A model generated the notes under the pieces. It was given only the letters and a program-made list of their open reading frames with translations. It was not told the origin of the DNA and did no database searches. Made by a program: the position numbers and the translations under genes. From the NCBI RefSeq assembly GCF_009914755.1, contig NC_060929.1: 64,000 bases of DNA; one strand, written 5' to 3'. Below, one piece after another: positions 14,857 to 30,511 of the stretch. Positions within the stretch are counted from its first letter, which is position 1, and every line of letters begins with the position of its first letter. This DNA is from the human T2T-CHM13v2.0 reference genome, Homo sapiens.

Positions 14857-16719
14857 GTACGTACAGAAAGTGAAGAATTTCTGTGAAAGTTGCTTGCCAT
14901 GGTTCCTGGCTATTTTAGTGTTGCCAGCTCTAAGAAGTAGTAGCGTAGTAGTTATTAGCTACAAGTTTTCAGTGTAAGTCATCATTATTAATAACAAGTG
15001 CTATTGTTATTGTCTTATTAGAATAACAAAAGACCCAAATCTAGCTAACTGAACAGTTATTAAACAAAGCAGAAACTCCAGTTATATCTGTGCTTGGGAA
15101 GAGAGGATGAGGAAGAATTTATGATTGACGAGGAGTGTCTGACACTTTTGTTTCTAGCAGTATAATGGAATAGATACTTTGACCCTCCTCTGAAAACAGT
15201 TTAAAACATTGGAATATTTTGAAAATCTTCTTAAACGCATCAGTATACTATCAAGAAAGGAACTAATCATCAGAGGACAAGATCTAGGTGAATGTTGGAA
15301 TCTGGAGCGTGTCTTTTGAGAATTTGTGATGAGGCGCCGACCACCATGCTGGTTTATAACCCAGATTCGCACTACTTGTATAGTATGAAAAATCTCAAGC
15401 CATAAATTAATTTCCGTGGCCTGGGGTAGTGGTGGACTCTCCTGGCCAGCAAAAGCCCAGATCCCCAAGGGGATGTGCATTCAACCTGAGTCTCAAAGAA
15501 CCCAATGTGCCACGTTCCACAGAGTAAGAGGCACGGTCACAAGGTACAGAACCCACAAGGAAGTACAGCACCATGAGGGAGAGCGTAATTCAACATGAAA
15601 GATTTCAGATGTTAGAATTAATGGAAACATTATAAAGTGAGTACTTGAAATGCTTTTTAAAAGGAGTAGATTACAATTAGGAGTAAGAAGCAATGTACCA
15701 TAAAAGGACTAGAAACCAATAGAGCTTCAGAAAAAATTTTTTAAAGTACATAAATCTAAAACTTTAATGGAGAAAGGGCGTGACATCACTTAGTTTGAAA
15801 TTCTTCCACTTATGTTCCTAGAAACCATATGAGAATAGCAACAAAAACAAACAATGCTACAAACCTCAAATTACTTAAACTGTGACCCTGAGAACCTGGA
15901 ATCAGCAAAGCCAGCTCCAGACGTGATGGTAGTGTGATAGAAGTGGCAGAGAAGAGAAAACATGACAGAGTCCTAGACAGGCTGCTGATCACCTATTCAG
16001 CCCCTGGGTGGATTGGGGAAGAATCCTCTCTTTGGTGTTGGGCTTATGAGCAAACTGTACCCTCATGGGGTCATCCCAAGGAGCCGCTTCCTCTGGCAGG
16101 TACAGTGGCTGGGAGAGCACAGTGTAAGCTGGATGGTGGCCCCCTCGCTTCCTGCCCAGCACCCTTGCATGGGGAACAGCATGATTCCAAATTAATCGGC
16201 AAGTGTTCATCCCCTGAAGGAGAGGGCCCTGTCCTGAGGAGGAGCTGCCATGAGCCAGACTAAGAAGGGACAGGGCACAGTCCTGGGGAAGGCAGAATGA
16301 AAAGGTGCAGAAGATACCAGAAGCCACAGACTGGCAGATTTGAGAAACACCACTTCCAAAAGAAAGGGCATCCCCAGAGACGGCAGGATCCCATGGGAGG
16401 GCCCTCCTGGGCCAGGCTGGTTACGGAAAGGCCTGCGGTGCCTTATACAGAGGGTCCTGTCCACTGTTCCACAGTAGTTGAGATGCCACAAAAACTTTTC
16501 AGCCCCTGTCCCTCCATTTCCTGCTCTCAGTGTCTGATCCTTGTTCTAATCCAACATATTCAAACCCGAACAACAAAAAAGGTACAATCCCCAAATCTGT
16601 GCAGTCATAACATTAGGACAGCAAAAAAGCAGCAAAACTTACCTGAGCAGAAACGTGTTTCACAAAGCAGGGGAAAATTGTAATCAAAATTCCAACATGA
16701 ATTTTAAAATGTGAATGGA

Positions 16720-17021
16720 GGCCAAGCGTGGTGGCTGACGCCTGTAATCCCAGCATGTTGAGAGGCCGAGGTGGGCAGATCACATGAGGTCCAGAGTTCG
16801 AGACCAACCTGGCCAACATGGTAAAACCCCATCCCTACTAAAAACACAAAAATTAGCTGGGCGTGGTGGCACGTGCCTGTAATCCCAGCTACTTGGGAGG
16901 CTGAGACACGAGAATCACTTGAGTCTGGGAGGCAGAGGGTGCAGTTAGCTGAGATCATGCCACTGTATTCCAGCCTGGACGACAGAGTGAGACTCTGTCT
17001 AAAAAAAATAAAAAAAATAAA
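16720..17021 (+). mobile_element. AluS
   Basis: Full dimer; TSD aaatgtgaatgga. Confidence 0.9.
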
Positions 17022-17354
17022 ATGTGAATGGAGCAGTTGCAGAGTCTATACCCATCAGCTAAAGAACACCTGCGACGAACCCGCAATCTACAAACTTATT
17101 ACCTGTCGCAGTAAAGGGAGACCTCTCCCTGTGATGTTTCCCCACAGCATGTAGCCGCCTTCCTGAAGCTAGTAATCAACCCAGCTTCCTGACGGCCTGT
17201 GGCCATCAATGGCATCTCTGTGAACAGACAGGCCAAAGGAAATGCAGAAGCTTGGCTGTAACTCTCAGGCAGCAGGAGGTGACACCAGACATCGGTGCAG
17301 ATGACATGGGACACATGAGACTTAGGGAAGAAAATGCTTCTAAAATTCTTAATT

Positions 17355-17414
17355 TCTCCTCTCCAAGTACTAACCAGGCTCAGCCTTGCTTAGCTTCCAA
17401 GATCAGACAAGATC
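17355..17414 (-). pseudogene. 5S rRNA retropseudogene fragment (5S nt about 31-90), tailless
   Basis: Reverse complement GATCTTGTCTGATCTTGGAAGCTAAGCAAGGCTGAGCCTGGTTAGTACTTGGAGAGGAGA matches human 5S nt 31-90 at 52/60 by hand alignment. TSD aaaattctt(a/t)atttct at 17342-17357 / 17415-17430. Confidence 0.9.
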
Positions 17415-17505
17415 AAAATTCTTTATTTCTAATCATTTAAAAAAAAAAACAAACCACAGAAGCATGTTAGAAGATAGAAATGGAAAAGCAAAGAATATGA
17501 AACCT

Positions 17506-18159
<654 letters not shown>

Positions 18160-19417
18160 CTAGGCACATTGAAGTCCATGAAGAAATCCAAAGCATTGGA
18201 ACAGAATATATTTTAAAAACTAATTCAAGAAAGCTTTTGTGAAGTAAAACAAGACAAAAGAGCGTCTGCCGTTTGCAGGTACGCACCCTATACCGGAGGA
18301 AGTGGACAGGAAACAGTGACGATCATCTGCACGTGCCATGAGTGGCTTGTAAGGGAAAGTTCGTTAGATTCTTCAGGGCAGCGTTCCGTGCCAGGGTCTT
18401 AGAGGCAGCAACACGAGAGGCCCAAGGAACGTGGAAGCCAAAATATTATCCTAGCTTTGGAGTCCCTCATGTAAAATCTGTCAGGTTTTGAAGACTCAGG
18501 TGTAGGGAGTCTGAGTGCTGTGCCCCATGAAGACTCCACCATGGTCGGCTTTGTGACCAGCTCCCTTCGCTGCAGACTCTTAATTTTGCAGGGCGTTTTC
18601 ATGTGACACATTGATGGTTTCTAATACACAGGTGTGCCGTCTACATCCAGTGACTCCGTGAGGTCTTTCAGAAACGCTTCGCAGGACTCTGTTAATCATG
18701 GTGCCATAACTGGTTAGGGTCAAAGGAGCAAGTGACAAAATGAACAAATAAAGAGATAAAGAGAGGTGCACAGGTGTGACGTCCATAGTCAGTACATACA
18801 GGCTGAACTAGGGCTTAGGACAAGTGCTGTGGGCTGTGTGTGACAACCAGTTTGTGGTTTTGTAATGTGGCATCTGTAAGCAGCCTGTGTCTCAAGAGGA
18901 CATTTTTTAGCAGATTGGCATCTGCAGGTTTTCCAGTCTAATTCCATGCTTACCAGTCCACCCATACGGTTCCACCACACCGTGTGTCCCACACCAGACA
19001 CTTAAGAGAGAAGGTTCACTGAGCAGGCGGCATGCAGGAAGGCATCGTGGCCCCAGCCCTGCCCACAGGCTGTCTGCCCTTTGGGTGACTGGCATCTGCA
19101 GGGTATGGTACAAAGGTCCTTCCACGTCTGGGATTCACCTGCCCAGGGCTCTGATGAAATACAGATCATGATTAACGTAATCTTGTAGAAAGTTGAAGCA
19201 GTTACAGAAATGGGTGAATAAGAAAGTGAAAGTGACTAAGCTCCATGGCCCAGAAGGAACAGCGCTGTGAATGCTTTGGGTCCATTCTTGCAGGTGCTTC
19301 TGCAGGTGCACATGCCCACACATGGCGAATGACATTCTATTTATTGGGCATTAAGTTTGATATTTTTATGTTTTATATTGTCATTAAAAAGTTCACTTGT
19401 CAATGAATATTGATATT

Positions 19418-19765
19418 TGTATTAGTCTGTTTTCACTCTGCTATAAAGAACTACCTGAGACTGGGTAATTTATGAAGAGAAAATGTTTAATTGACTCACA
19501 GTTCCGCATGGCTGGGGAGGACTCAGGAAACTTACAATCATGGCAGAAGGCAAAGGGGAAGTAAAGACCTTCACATGGTGGCAGGAGAGAGAGCGAGTGA
19601 AGGGGGATCTGCCTCACTCTTTCAAACCATTACATGTCATGAGAATTCACTATCACAAGAAACCGCCTGCATGATCCAGTCACCTCCCACTGGGTCCCTT
19701 CCTTGTCCTGTGGGGATCACAGTTCAAGATGAGATTGGGTGGGGACACAGAATCAAACCATATCA
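19418..19765 (-). mobile_element. MaLR solo LTR (THE1D/MSTA-like)
   Basis: Runs tgtattagtctgttttcac...ttgactcacagttccgcatggctggggagg...aaccatatca; TG..CA ends; TSD atatt/gtatt. Confidence 0.88.
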
Positions 19766-19932
19766 GTATTATTTTACAATTCTGAATTATTTCAAGCTTA
19801 CAGAAAAGTAGTAGAGAGTTCATTATTGCAAACGTCTACATACCCCACCTTCCTTAAGAAAAAGAAAAGCACTGTGCTGTCTCAGGCTCAGCAAAACCAT
19901 TTTCTTTCTTTTTAAAAAAATAGACCATCTCA

Positions 19933-20085
19933 GGCTGGGTGTCATGGCTCACACCTGTAATCCCAGCACTTTGGGAGGCCAAGAGAGGTGGGTCACCTGA
20001 GGTCAGGAATTCCACACCAGCCTAGCCAGCATAGTGAAACCCCATCCCTACTAAAAATACAAAACTCCAAAAAAAAAAAAAAAAA
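19933..20085 (+). mobile_element. Alu left arm with A-tail (AluS-like)
   Basis: Left monomer only, followed by an A-run. Confidence 0.85.
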
Positions 20086-20169
20086 GGTAGCCAAAAGCCC
20101 TCATGCATGCATGTAAGTTGCAGTGTGCTCAGAGATGTAGTCTCTACCCTATGCTGCAGTATTTGCTGA

Positions 20170-20572
<403 letters not shown>

Positions 20573-20739
20573 TAGTGTCCAGTTGGAACCTGGGGCAGAT
20601 CACACCAGGCCTCTCTAAACACACTTGAGTAACCACAAAGCTACAGCCTGAGGGTGAGTCCCAAGTCCAAGGAGGGGCCTTCTGCCCTCCCTCTCTGCTG
20701 GGACCCTTCTCCCCACCCCTCATCTGGTCTTTGGAGTGT

Positions 20740-21112
20740 GCCAGCCATTGCTGTCTGCCTCAGGGCCTTTGCTGCATCTCTTCTCCTGCCTGGAGCACTC
20801 CTGAGAGCACCTCCAGCACCTGCCAGGCTGGCCCTCACCTGCAAGCCTTGAATCGACCCTCACCTTCCCTGTGGCCTGTTGCCAGCCACTCTGTGATAGT
20901 GACCTCCTCCACCCCATCCCAGCTCCGGGGCCCCCTCACTCTGCCCTGCCCCTCGCTACTCCTCCCCCTCCATGAGCTGTGTGCTCTCCTTGTTCATGAC
21001 ACTGGAGTTCATGGTTCTAGATGTGGGGAGGGTGTCTGTCCAAGTGCCTGGGCAGGGCATGGCCCATAATACGGACTCAGTGCATTTGTGAAGATGTGAC
21101 GAATGAATGAAT
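20740..21112 (+). mobile_element. L2 3' fragment
   Basis: cctcagggcctttgctgc..tctcctgcctggagcactc body and a gaatgaatgaat tail, typical of L2. Confidence 0.6.
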
Positions 21113-21491
21113 CTGTGCTTGAAAATGAATATCTTTGTCCCTCATTGCTCTAGGGTTCTATCTAGGTCCATTTTACATGGTTTACTCTGTATTCTCTGCT
21201 TGCATGATCCATCAGCAGGTGCACTGGTTTATTGGTGTCTTCCACTGTAACTGTATGTGTGTGTATTCACATAGACAGGTATTGATATACATATGTAGTT
21301 GATGATCAGAAGTTGTGATATGAATTAGTAAACCATGTAACGCTGGATATGTCTTACTGATTAACATTCTGTAAGGATAATATTTTTCCGTTCTTGAATT
21401 TATGTTCTCCAGGTAAGTATTCACTAGCATCTCTGAAGTCCGTATTTCATTTTGTAGTAAATGCACTACTTTGGTCTGTGTTTTCTTCTAG

Positions 21492-21642
21492 GAGGCTTAT
21501 TTGAATACGTAACTGCAGCCAACTATTTTGGAGAAATCATGGAGTGGTGTGGCTATGCCCTGGCCAGCTGGTCTGTCCAAGGCGCGGCTTTTGCTTTCTT
21601 CACGTTTTGTTTTTTATCTGGTAGAGCAAAAGAGCATCATGA
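21492..21642 (+). CDS. SRD5A1: SRD5A1 coding exon 4 (151 nt; phase 1 to phase 2)
   Basis: Acceptor ttttcttctag|GA and donor CATGA|gtaagt. Translates (G)GLFEYVTAANYFGEIMEWCGYALASWSVQGAAFAFFTFCFLSGRAKEHH(E), with the family GGLFEYV..ANYFGE motif. Confidence 0.98.
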
Positions 21643-22249
21643 GTAAGTTTTAAAACACTTTTACCATTTGTAATTTGTTCTTTGACTATATTATTACCAT
21701 TTTTCAGGCTAGATTTTTGAAGTGTTAATTTAAATCGCTGAATTCCAGTTTATTCTGTGCTTTGGCCAAACAAGTACAAAACCAAATAGCTGTAGAATCA
21801 CCCAGCTCTAGGGAATAATCAGGTCCACATCAGCACAGTTGTTCTCTATACCACGTCCTTAGCCTCTCTGAATTGACAGTGCTGAATTCAGTGGTCAAGT
21901 TAGACACCAAGCAGGGGATTCAGGGCTCTGAATGGGAAATACTGATTAAAACAGATCCCTGACTGAGCAATAGCCAATGGCCAGCTTGCGAATGCTGCAG
22001 GTTGAGGAAGTCCTGAAGAGGTAGGTGAATCTCAGAGCCCAGCGACACTGGCAGAACTCATACACACAAGAGCTCTCCAGCTATGTGGTGGCTTAGGCCA
22101 TGGCTCTGAACCTGGGGTCCTTAATGGGCTACAGAAGCTCTGCATGCCCCCTAAAATGACATCATTTTCCAGAGACCGGGTCCTTGGCTTTTATCTGATC
22201 CCCCAAAAGGCTTGCGAGCCATTTGACCAACACACTCATAAAGAAATCA

Positions 22250-22792
<543 letters not shown>

Positions 22793-23036
22793 TTACTATG
22801 TCCCCTGAGCCACCCACTTCATCCACTCAAAACATCTAATCGAAATCTCCAATGCTGCTGATGCTACGAGGTGCAAAAATGTATAACTCTGTCCTACTTC
22901 ATGGAGTTTATCATCTTTTTTGGGACTAAGGACAGAGAGAAAAAGCTAAAAGAAGAATAGATTGATATGGTATAGTGGGAAGAGTACCTAGGTGTACTTC
23001 CCAGCCTCACCACGAGTTTGCAGATGCAAAGGATGA

Positions 23037-23380
<344 letters not shown>

Positions 23381-23679
23381 CTCTTTGTCTAATACTTGAA
23401 GAAGTGATAGCATAAATGTGAGCTCTAAGAGCAGCGCCCCGCATTCTTCGAGACACTCCATCGTGCCAGTGGCCTGGTATTTTCACGCATAGACAGTGAG
23501 GAGAGAGCGAGATCAGAGAGCCACGACCTACCTAAATCCCAGAGCTGCTGAGAAAAACAGAGGGGTCTGCGGAAAGTTGAGTGAGTGCCGAAGGCAGAGA
23601 GGGTTTGAGAAGGAGGCTCAATGCCAGGCATGGCAGAAAACACTGTGGGCCAGGAATGGGCCTTCTGTGCTGAGAACTG

Positions 23680-24056
23680 TGTCTGCCAGAAGGTCATATG
23701 AGAGTCCTAAGCCCTGGCACCTGTGAAAGCGACCTTACTGGAGAACGTTATCAGTTGAGATGAGAAGGGGAAACGTGGATAGACGTACACCAGGTGATCA
23801 CACAGAGTGGGAAGGCCATGCGAAGATGGACACAGAGGCGGGGGCGATGCAGCCATGAACCCAGGAACACGTGGTGCCACCAGAGCTGGGGGAAATGGGA
23901 CTGGAACCTTCCCTGAACCTTCAGAGAGAGCGTAGCCCTGCTGCCACCTTGATTTCCAACTCCTGGCATCCAGAACTGGGAGAGAATCAGTGGCCGTTAT
24001 TATAAGCCACCCAGTGTGTGGTTAACTTTGTTCTAGCAGCCACAGGGAACTGATAC
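23680..24056 (+). mobile_element. MaLR LTR (MLT1B/C-like)
   Basis: ggaaggccatgcgaagatggacacagag..cttgatttccaactcctggcatccagaactgggagagaat..taagccacccagtgtgtgg..agcagccacagggaactgatac. Confidence 0.75.
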
Positions 24057-24757
24057 GCCAGCCTTCCAGCCATTTAAAATTGACTGGGAAAGTAAGGGCA
24101 GGAGTATGATTGGTGAACCCCTCTGTTTTCTCCTCCGCCAGATGACTTTGTTGTCACCGGTTTGGTTGAAATACAACGTTATCTCTCTAAATATACATTC
24201 TACAATCTGACTTCCTCCCCTCTGCGCCCGCTGCTCCCAGCACGGCACCTGGCCTGGGCCTCACTTCCCGGTGAAGATGCCATCCTTTTATATTCCTAAT
24301 ATTTGATGTGAAGAAGTGAGTAATGGCTCATTTCTCATTAAAAAAAACAAATGAGATAACACTGACGTTTAAAAAAACACGGATCAGAGTAAGATTGAAC
24401 ATGGGCACACCAAGTCAGTGGCAAAGATGTTTTCTCAAATGAAATCAGGAAACAGGAAAGCCCCTCTCAGTATTTGAATATGAAACATATAGAAATGGAA
24501 AATAAATAATTCAGTTATCTAAATGAAAGTCTTTGCTAATGAAAACCCAAAGATAGTCTTTGCAGAAGAGTTCATGAGTTGAAAGAGCTCTTTGTCATTC
24601 ATTTGCTGTTTAAATTGGTGTCAGTGTGAAACCAGTTTTAAGCCCTGAAGAATTAATCAATTCAGTTTTGCAGAAGTATGTTCAGAAATGTAGGACTTAC
24701 AAGCTGAGAATAAAATAAAAACTCCTTTTTAAAAAATATTTTCATAAACCCAACTAA

Positions 24758-25122
<365 letters not shown>

Positions 25123-26877
25123 TGGATTATAACGTTCTAAAAACAAAATTGTATTCAATGAAATCTTTCTATAATAATCAGTATTTAAATTCATAAATGA
25201 TTGCATTGATAGTTAATGCATTGATTTCTAGGTCAGAAACAGTCAACTGTGCTGGGTTGCTAACAAATATTCTCTTAAAGGGCAAAATTTAAAGGTATTC
25301 TAAGGAGTAAGAAAAATTTAATCATTTAAAAATAAATATTTTATTTCTATATAATGGTTTCTGTGAAATACACTTAACCTCTTCAGCCAACATCCCTTCA
25401 TTGTGTGAGAACACCCTGACCTCACACATGTTCTTTCTGATGTCACGGAGCCCAGCCTTGCTGCCCAGCCTGGTGGGGGGGCGCGTTTTCTCGGCATCCT
25501 GCGGCAGTCCTGTGTTTCCCATCTCCCACCTGCCCTCTCGTGTTTGCCCATTTCAGGCTCTCCTGCTGTCATGTACTCTGCCCTTGCCTTTTCGGGCCAG
25601 GGTGCCCATCTTCCCACGGGCAGTTTCTGGGAGAGAGGCGCTCACCTGCTATGTCACTGTGCGGTGGCCAGTGCCGCTGGCCCATGGGGAAGCTCTTCAG
25701 CACTTGCAAGTGCTGGATGGCCTGGATCCCAGCAGGCCTGTGAACACCTTCAGCCTCTAACCAGCGAACATGTTTGCAATGCACTTTCGCAGGTTTGACA
25801 CCAGCTGTTAGGCTTGGCCACGTTGTGTGTTGGGCACTCGTGGGTCCATGCGCCACCACTGAGCCACGTAGCTGGAAAGGCTGCAGTCTCGAGGCCTCAT
25901 GCCAGGGGAAGTGACGCTTGATCCGGAAGTCCTGACCGACTTCTTAGAATTGTTCTTATTACATGCCTTTTTGGGGACACAGAACATACAAAAGTAAACG
26001 TGGCCGCCCAGTATGTTCGAATTCTCTATTTGTGGATTCCGGTGTTAAACTTAACTAAGACCAGCAGGGTTTTGCCAACTCCCTCTCAGTTTCTCGTCCT
26101 CATATGTTTCTACCACATTAACAATGAGCTAATTGCTTTCTATCATGATTTTTAGTCTGTTGTTTAATCTTTCTGTGTGTGTTTATAGAAACTCCCTTTC
26201 TCCATCTTGTCAAATTATTTCTAATTTTTACTCCATGCACTTAGTTGCCACCTTTCCCAACTGGCTATTATCCCCAAAACAAATGAGCACGCCTGCATTG
26301 ATACAATTTATATCAAAACGGAAAATAATGTTTGTTTCGAGCACAAGGCTGAATGGTGGACAATGCCATATTGCATTTCCCCAGATTTCACCGAATCCTT
26401 ACTAAGAGCGTTCATGAGCCTCCTGGTATGCAGCTGGGTGCCCACTCTACACACCCTGGGCTAGGCCAGTAGTTCCCAACTGCAGGCTGGAGAAAACTGC
26501 TGGAGTCACCAGCAGGTATTCAGGAAGCACCTACTTGGTCCTGCCCCTCCTCCAGCCTGCATGCTTTCCCCGGGGGCTGAAAAGACAGCTCCGCAATGTG
26601 CTGATCAGTATTTTCATCAAATGTCAGTAATTTTCCTTCCAGATAGAAAGGTGAATTCTATGGGCTACTTCTTCTGAATCACACTTTATGATTAGATATA
26701 TTTAATTCTTCATGATAATAGGCAAAATTAAACTATAAGTATGAAATGCCAAAGTTTTTGTTACTACATTTAAAAAACTGAGTACTCTTTTGTAATGAAA
26801 AATATTGTCACTTTTGTTAGCATTGGTTAAATGTCTAAGCGACAGAATTATTTCCTTTTTTAATTTTTTTTTCTTAG

Positions 26878-26944
26878 GTGGTACCTCCGGAAATTTGAAG
26901 AGTATCCAAAGTTCAGAAAAATTATAATTCCATTTTTGTTTTAA
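26878..26944 (+). CDS. SRD5A1: SRD5A1 exon 5, coding part ending in TAA
   Basis: Acceptor tttttttttcttag|G. Translates (E)WYLRKFEEYPKFRKIIIPFLF*, stop at 26942-26944, the known C-terminus. Confidence 0.98.
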
Positions 26945-27285
26945 GTGCGTTTTTCATGAAATTATCTTCAACTTGAAGCTTTCCAATGGCGCTTCTCTAT
27001 GGACTTTGTAAATAAGTTATATCTTTGTAATTTTCCTGCTACTTTATCATTTTCAAGATGTCCTCTAGGAATTTTTTTTCTAGTAATTTTGCAATCTACC
27101 TAATAAGTACCTAAATACGCTGAAATGGAGGTTGAATATCCTACTGTGTAACAGGTCAGAATTTCAAGCTCTGGGTAATAACTGCTGATATTTTTTCTAA
27201 TTTCAAATTTACCTCTTTTGGCTATGTCTTGCCAAGTGTGTATGAGACTAGACTTTACAACTGTCTTTGATGGCATTTTCAGAAC

Positions 27286-27291
27286 AATAAA
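27286..27291 (+). terminator. Proximal polyadenylation signal AATAAA
   Basis: AATAAA about 340 nt after the stop codon; usage not verifiable from sequence. Confidence 0.55.
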
Positions 27292-28215
27292 TGTCACAAT
27301 CCCTTCTATAGCCCCCTACAGTGATCTCTTCAAGGTCAACTGCAGTGTTGCTTCCCTCCCCCTATAGGGCTGGAATCTGTCTAGGAGCCCTCTCTCGGAG
27401 GCCATAGAGGCTGGGGGTAGCCATTGTGCAGTCATGGCCCGGGGGAAACTTGCCAACCTTCGTGTCAGGTGCTGTGTGTAAGTGGAGAACTTGGGGATAG
27501 AGGAGGAAGCTCCTCGTGGCCCTTCCAAGGTGAGGCAAAGGCATCTGGACTTGTTCCAGCCCGGCCCACCGGGTGACATCACCGGGCAGGGAGGGGTGCT
27601 GGTGGTGGTTCATACGGAGTAAGCTGCTCTGCCTGTGTGAGTGGCTCCTGGGCCCTAAACAGGCACCTTTAGGCCATGGGTCACTCACCGTGAGCCATCA
27701 ATGTGCTCTGGTCTGACATGGTTTCTCTCTGTCTTCTAGTCTAGACCTAGTTTTTTTGTTCTGTTCCCCACGTATGGATATAGTAGAGATTGTTGTCTGT
27801 GAAATTTCTCTTTTGTAGATTTTGAGTTTTCCCTTGTAGTGTAAAGAATGATCACTTTCTGTAACAATAACAAGACCACTTTTTAAGATTTATCCTGTTT
27901 GTTCTTTGTTGATTGAAACATAATAATTGTTAAAATTCTCTACAGCCTTCTTTTTCTTCCATAGCTAATCTTCCTTCTAATAGTTTTTGCTTTCTGTTTT
28001 GCTGTTGTTGCTTTGCAAAGCTTTCCCCTCATAGCCTGTACCTGTTATCAATATAAAATAATCTTCCTGTTGAATGCTTCATGACTTGAATTCTACTTTG
28101 ATAAAAACATTGCCATACTGCTTTTTATCTTGATGAATTCATCTGGCATTGCTTTGCCTTATCATCTCATCTGGAGTTTTTAAATGCCATTTGTTTCAGT
28201 TGTCTTTAACAACAT

Positions 28216-28221
28216 AATAAA
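28216..28221 (+). terminator. Polyadenylation signal AATAAA of main SRD5A1 mRNA
   Basis: AATAAA at the end of the unique UTR, followed by U-rich sequence (28250-28320). Confidence 0.8.
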
Positions 28222-29214
28222 TAGACTTTGCCATTTAACAAGGTAGCTCAAATTCTTTTACTAATTGTTACATCGAAACATTCTTTCATCATATTTCCTG
28301 TTTTTATTTGGTTTTTTCAACTTCCTCTGTTTACTATCTACAGTGATTTGGAAAGGAGATTTCCTTTAAAACAAACAAGCTTATTGGGAATGGCTTTTAT
28401 GATTTTTAAAGTAGCCTTGAGAGCTTCCAGTTAAATCTGATGAGCTGAACATACACCTTTCCTTCTCCCCTCTCTATTCTGACCCCAGTTGAAATCACCT
28501 CAAAGGAATTTAGGTGGGGGAGTGGCCCCATAAAGAGAGTGAGAGAGAGTCACCACTGCAGATGGACCACAGCACGGGTGGAGATGGGCCTGATGTGGCA
28601 GAGCAGAGAGGCCATGACAGTGCACACCCTGCGGAGACCCTGGGTCCTCACATCTGGGCTGACAGAAGGCAGAGGGAAATGAGCATCTCAAAGTGAGACC
28701 AACTAAACATGGCGCCTGCAGCAGAAAGCAGTGTCCTCTGCACCCCCACTCTCCAGGGAGAGCACAGAGAGCCCAGAAATGAGCCATGTGCCCATTGCCG
28801 GGGAAGAGAAGGTAGGCTGAGGAGGTGGCCTTTCCTAACACAAAAATTAACTAAGTGGGGAAAACCAGAGAACTAGGTGTTGGCATCCCAGGAAAAAAAT
28901 AAAGTCTCCACATTTTGGCCTATAGGGATCCTGCCCCATAATGGCTGGTTACCTCCTGCCTCAAGCTGCAGGGAAGCCAGGGGGTGGCATGGCCATGGCT
29001 TCTCCCTCAGAGAGGCCTCTGTGCACGACTTCAGTCACCCAACACTGACAGAACTTGGAACCCAAAAGCCCATTTCTCTCCTTCCGTCCAGACCCTGTCT
29101 GCTGTTATCTGTAGGAAGACCACAGCCAACTGCTATCATGACCAAAGCTAAAATCCAATGAGGCAGAGAACAATAGTTGTACCCATCTCCTCCTTAGTCT
29201 CCAAGGCCAGCGGT

Positions 29215-29400
29215 GCATGCATTTGTGCATTCAACAACATTTGCCAAGCACTTACTGTATATCAAGCACAGCAGTGGGTGCTGAGGACGGATGGGTAGAA
29301 AAAACAGTCCTGGCCCAGGTGGAGTGACAGGTAAGAAACAAGTAAGTAGCTAAAATAATGTTAGGTAGAAAAAAATAACAAGAATAAAAGCAAGGAAAAG
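29215..29400 (-). mobile_element. L2 3' end fragment
   Basis: cattcaacaacatttgccaagcacttactgtatatcaagcac is the antisense L2 terminus. Confidence 0.6.
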
Positions 29401-29499
29401 GGAAGGGACCCTCACTTGTGTCTGATACAGCCATAATCTTCTCTATCGGCCATTGCTGTAACCAAAGCTTAACCACCTTTCTTAAGATATTGATCAACC

Positions 29500-30511
29500 A
29501 GATCATTGCAAATACTGCTAATTGATTCCTTTTTATGGCTGAGTAGTATTCCATTGTATATATATATATACCACTTGTTGACTGATGGGCATTTGGGTTG
29601 GTTCCACGATTTTGCAGTTGTGAATTGTGCTGCTATAAACATGTGCGTGCAAGTATCTTTTTTTGAATAATGACTTCTTTTCCTCTGGGTAGATACCCAG
29701 TAATGGGATTGCTGGATCAAATGGTAGTTCTACTTTTAGTTCTAAGGAATTTCCACACTGTTTTCCATGGTGGCTCTAATAGTTTACATTCCCACCAGCA
29801 GTGTGGAAGTGTTCCATGATTGCCGCATGCATGCCAACATCTACTGTTTTTTGATTTTTTTGGTTATGGCCATTCTTGCAGGAGTAAGGGGGTATCGCAC
29901 TGTAGTTTTTATTTGCATTTCCCTGATCATTAGTGATGTTGAGCATTTTTTCATACTTTGTTGGCCATTTGTATATCTTCTTTTGAGAATTGTCTATTCA
30001 TGTCCTTAACCCACTTTTTGATGGGATTGTTTGTTTTTTTCTTACTGATTTGTTTGAGTTTGTTGTAGATTCTGGATATTAGTCCTTTGTCTGATGTATA
30101 GATTGTGAAGATTTTCTCCCACTCTGTGCGTTGTCTGTTTACTCTGCTGACTGTTGCTTTTACCATGCAAAAGCTCTTTAGTTTAATTAAGTCCCATCTA
30201 TTTATCTTTGTTTTTATTGTTGGAAACTATTATTCTAAGTTAAGTAACTCAGGAATGGAAAACCAAACAACCTATGTTCTCATTGATATGTGGGAGCTAA
30301 GCTATGAGGACACAAAGGCATAAGAATGGTACAATGGACTTTGGGGACTTGGGGGGAAGGGTAAGGGGGGGTGAGGAATAAAAGACAACATATATGGTAT
30401 AGTATATACTACTCAGGAGATGGGTGCACCAGGATCTCACAAATCACCACTAAAGAATTTACTCATGTAACCAAATACCACCTGTACCCCCAATAACTTA
30501 TGGGAAAAAAA
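29500..30511. mobile_element. L1PB-like element with 5' inversion (twin priming): 29500-30219 antisense, 30220-30511 sense
   Basis: Orientation flips at tttttattg|ttggaaactattattctaag. Sense part ends ..taaccaaataccacctgtacccccaataacttatgggaaaaaaa. TSD aagatatt(g/c)atc(a/g)acc at 29484-29499 / 30510-30525. Confidence 0.9.

Larger units (their letters stand above)
26945..28240 (+). other. SRD5A1: SRD5A1 3' UTR (main form)
   Basis: Follows the stop codon, free of obvious interspersed repeats, U-rich, ends about 20 nt after AATAAA at 28216-28221. Confidence 0.85.

Noticed and set aside
15130-17340. Possible ancient L1 5' UTR/ORF1 remnant in intron 3, and a similar stretch at 28420-29200
   Set aside because: Only a compositional resemblance; too diverged to call without a Dfam search.
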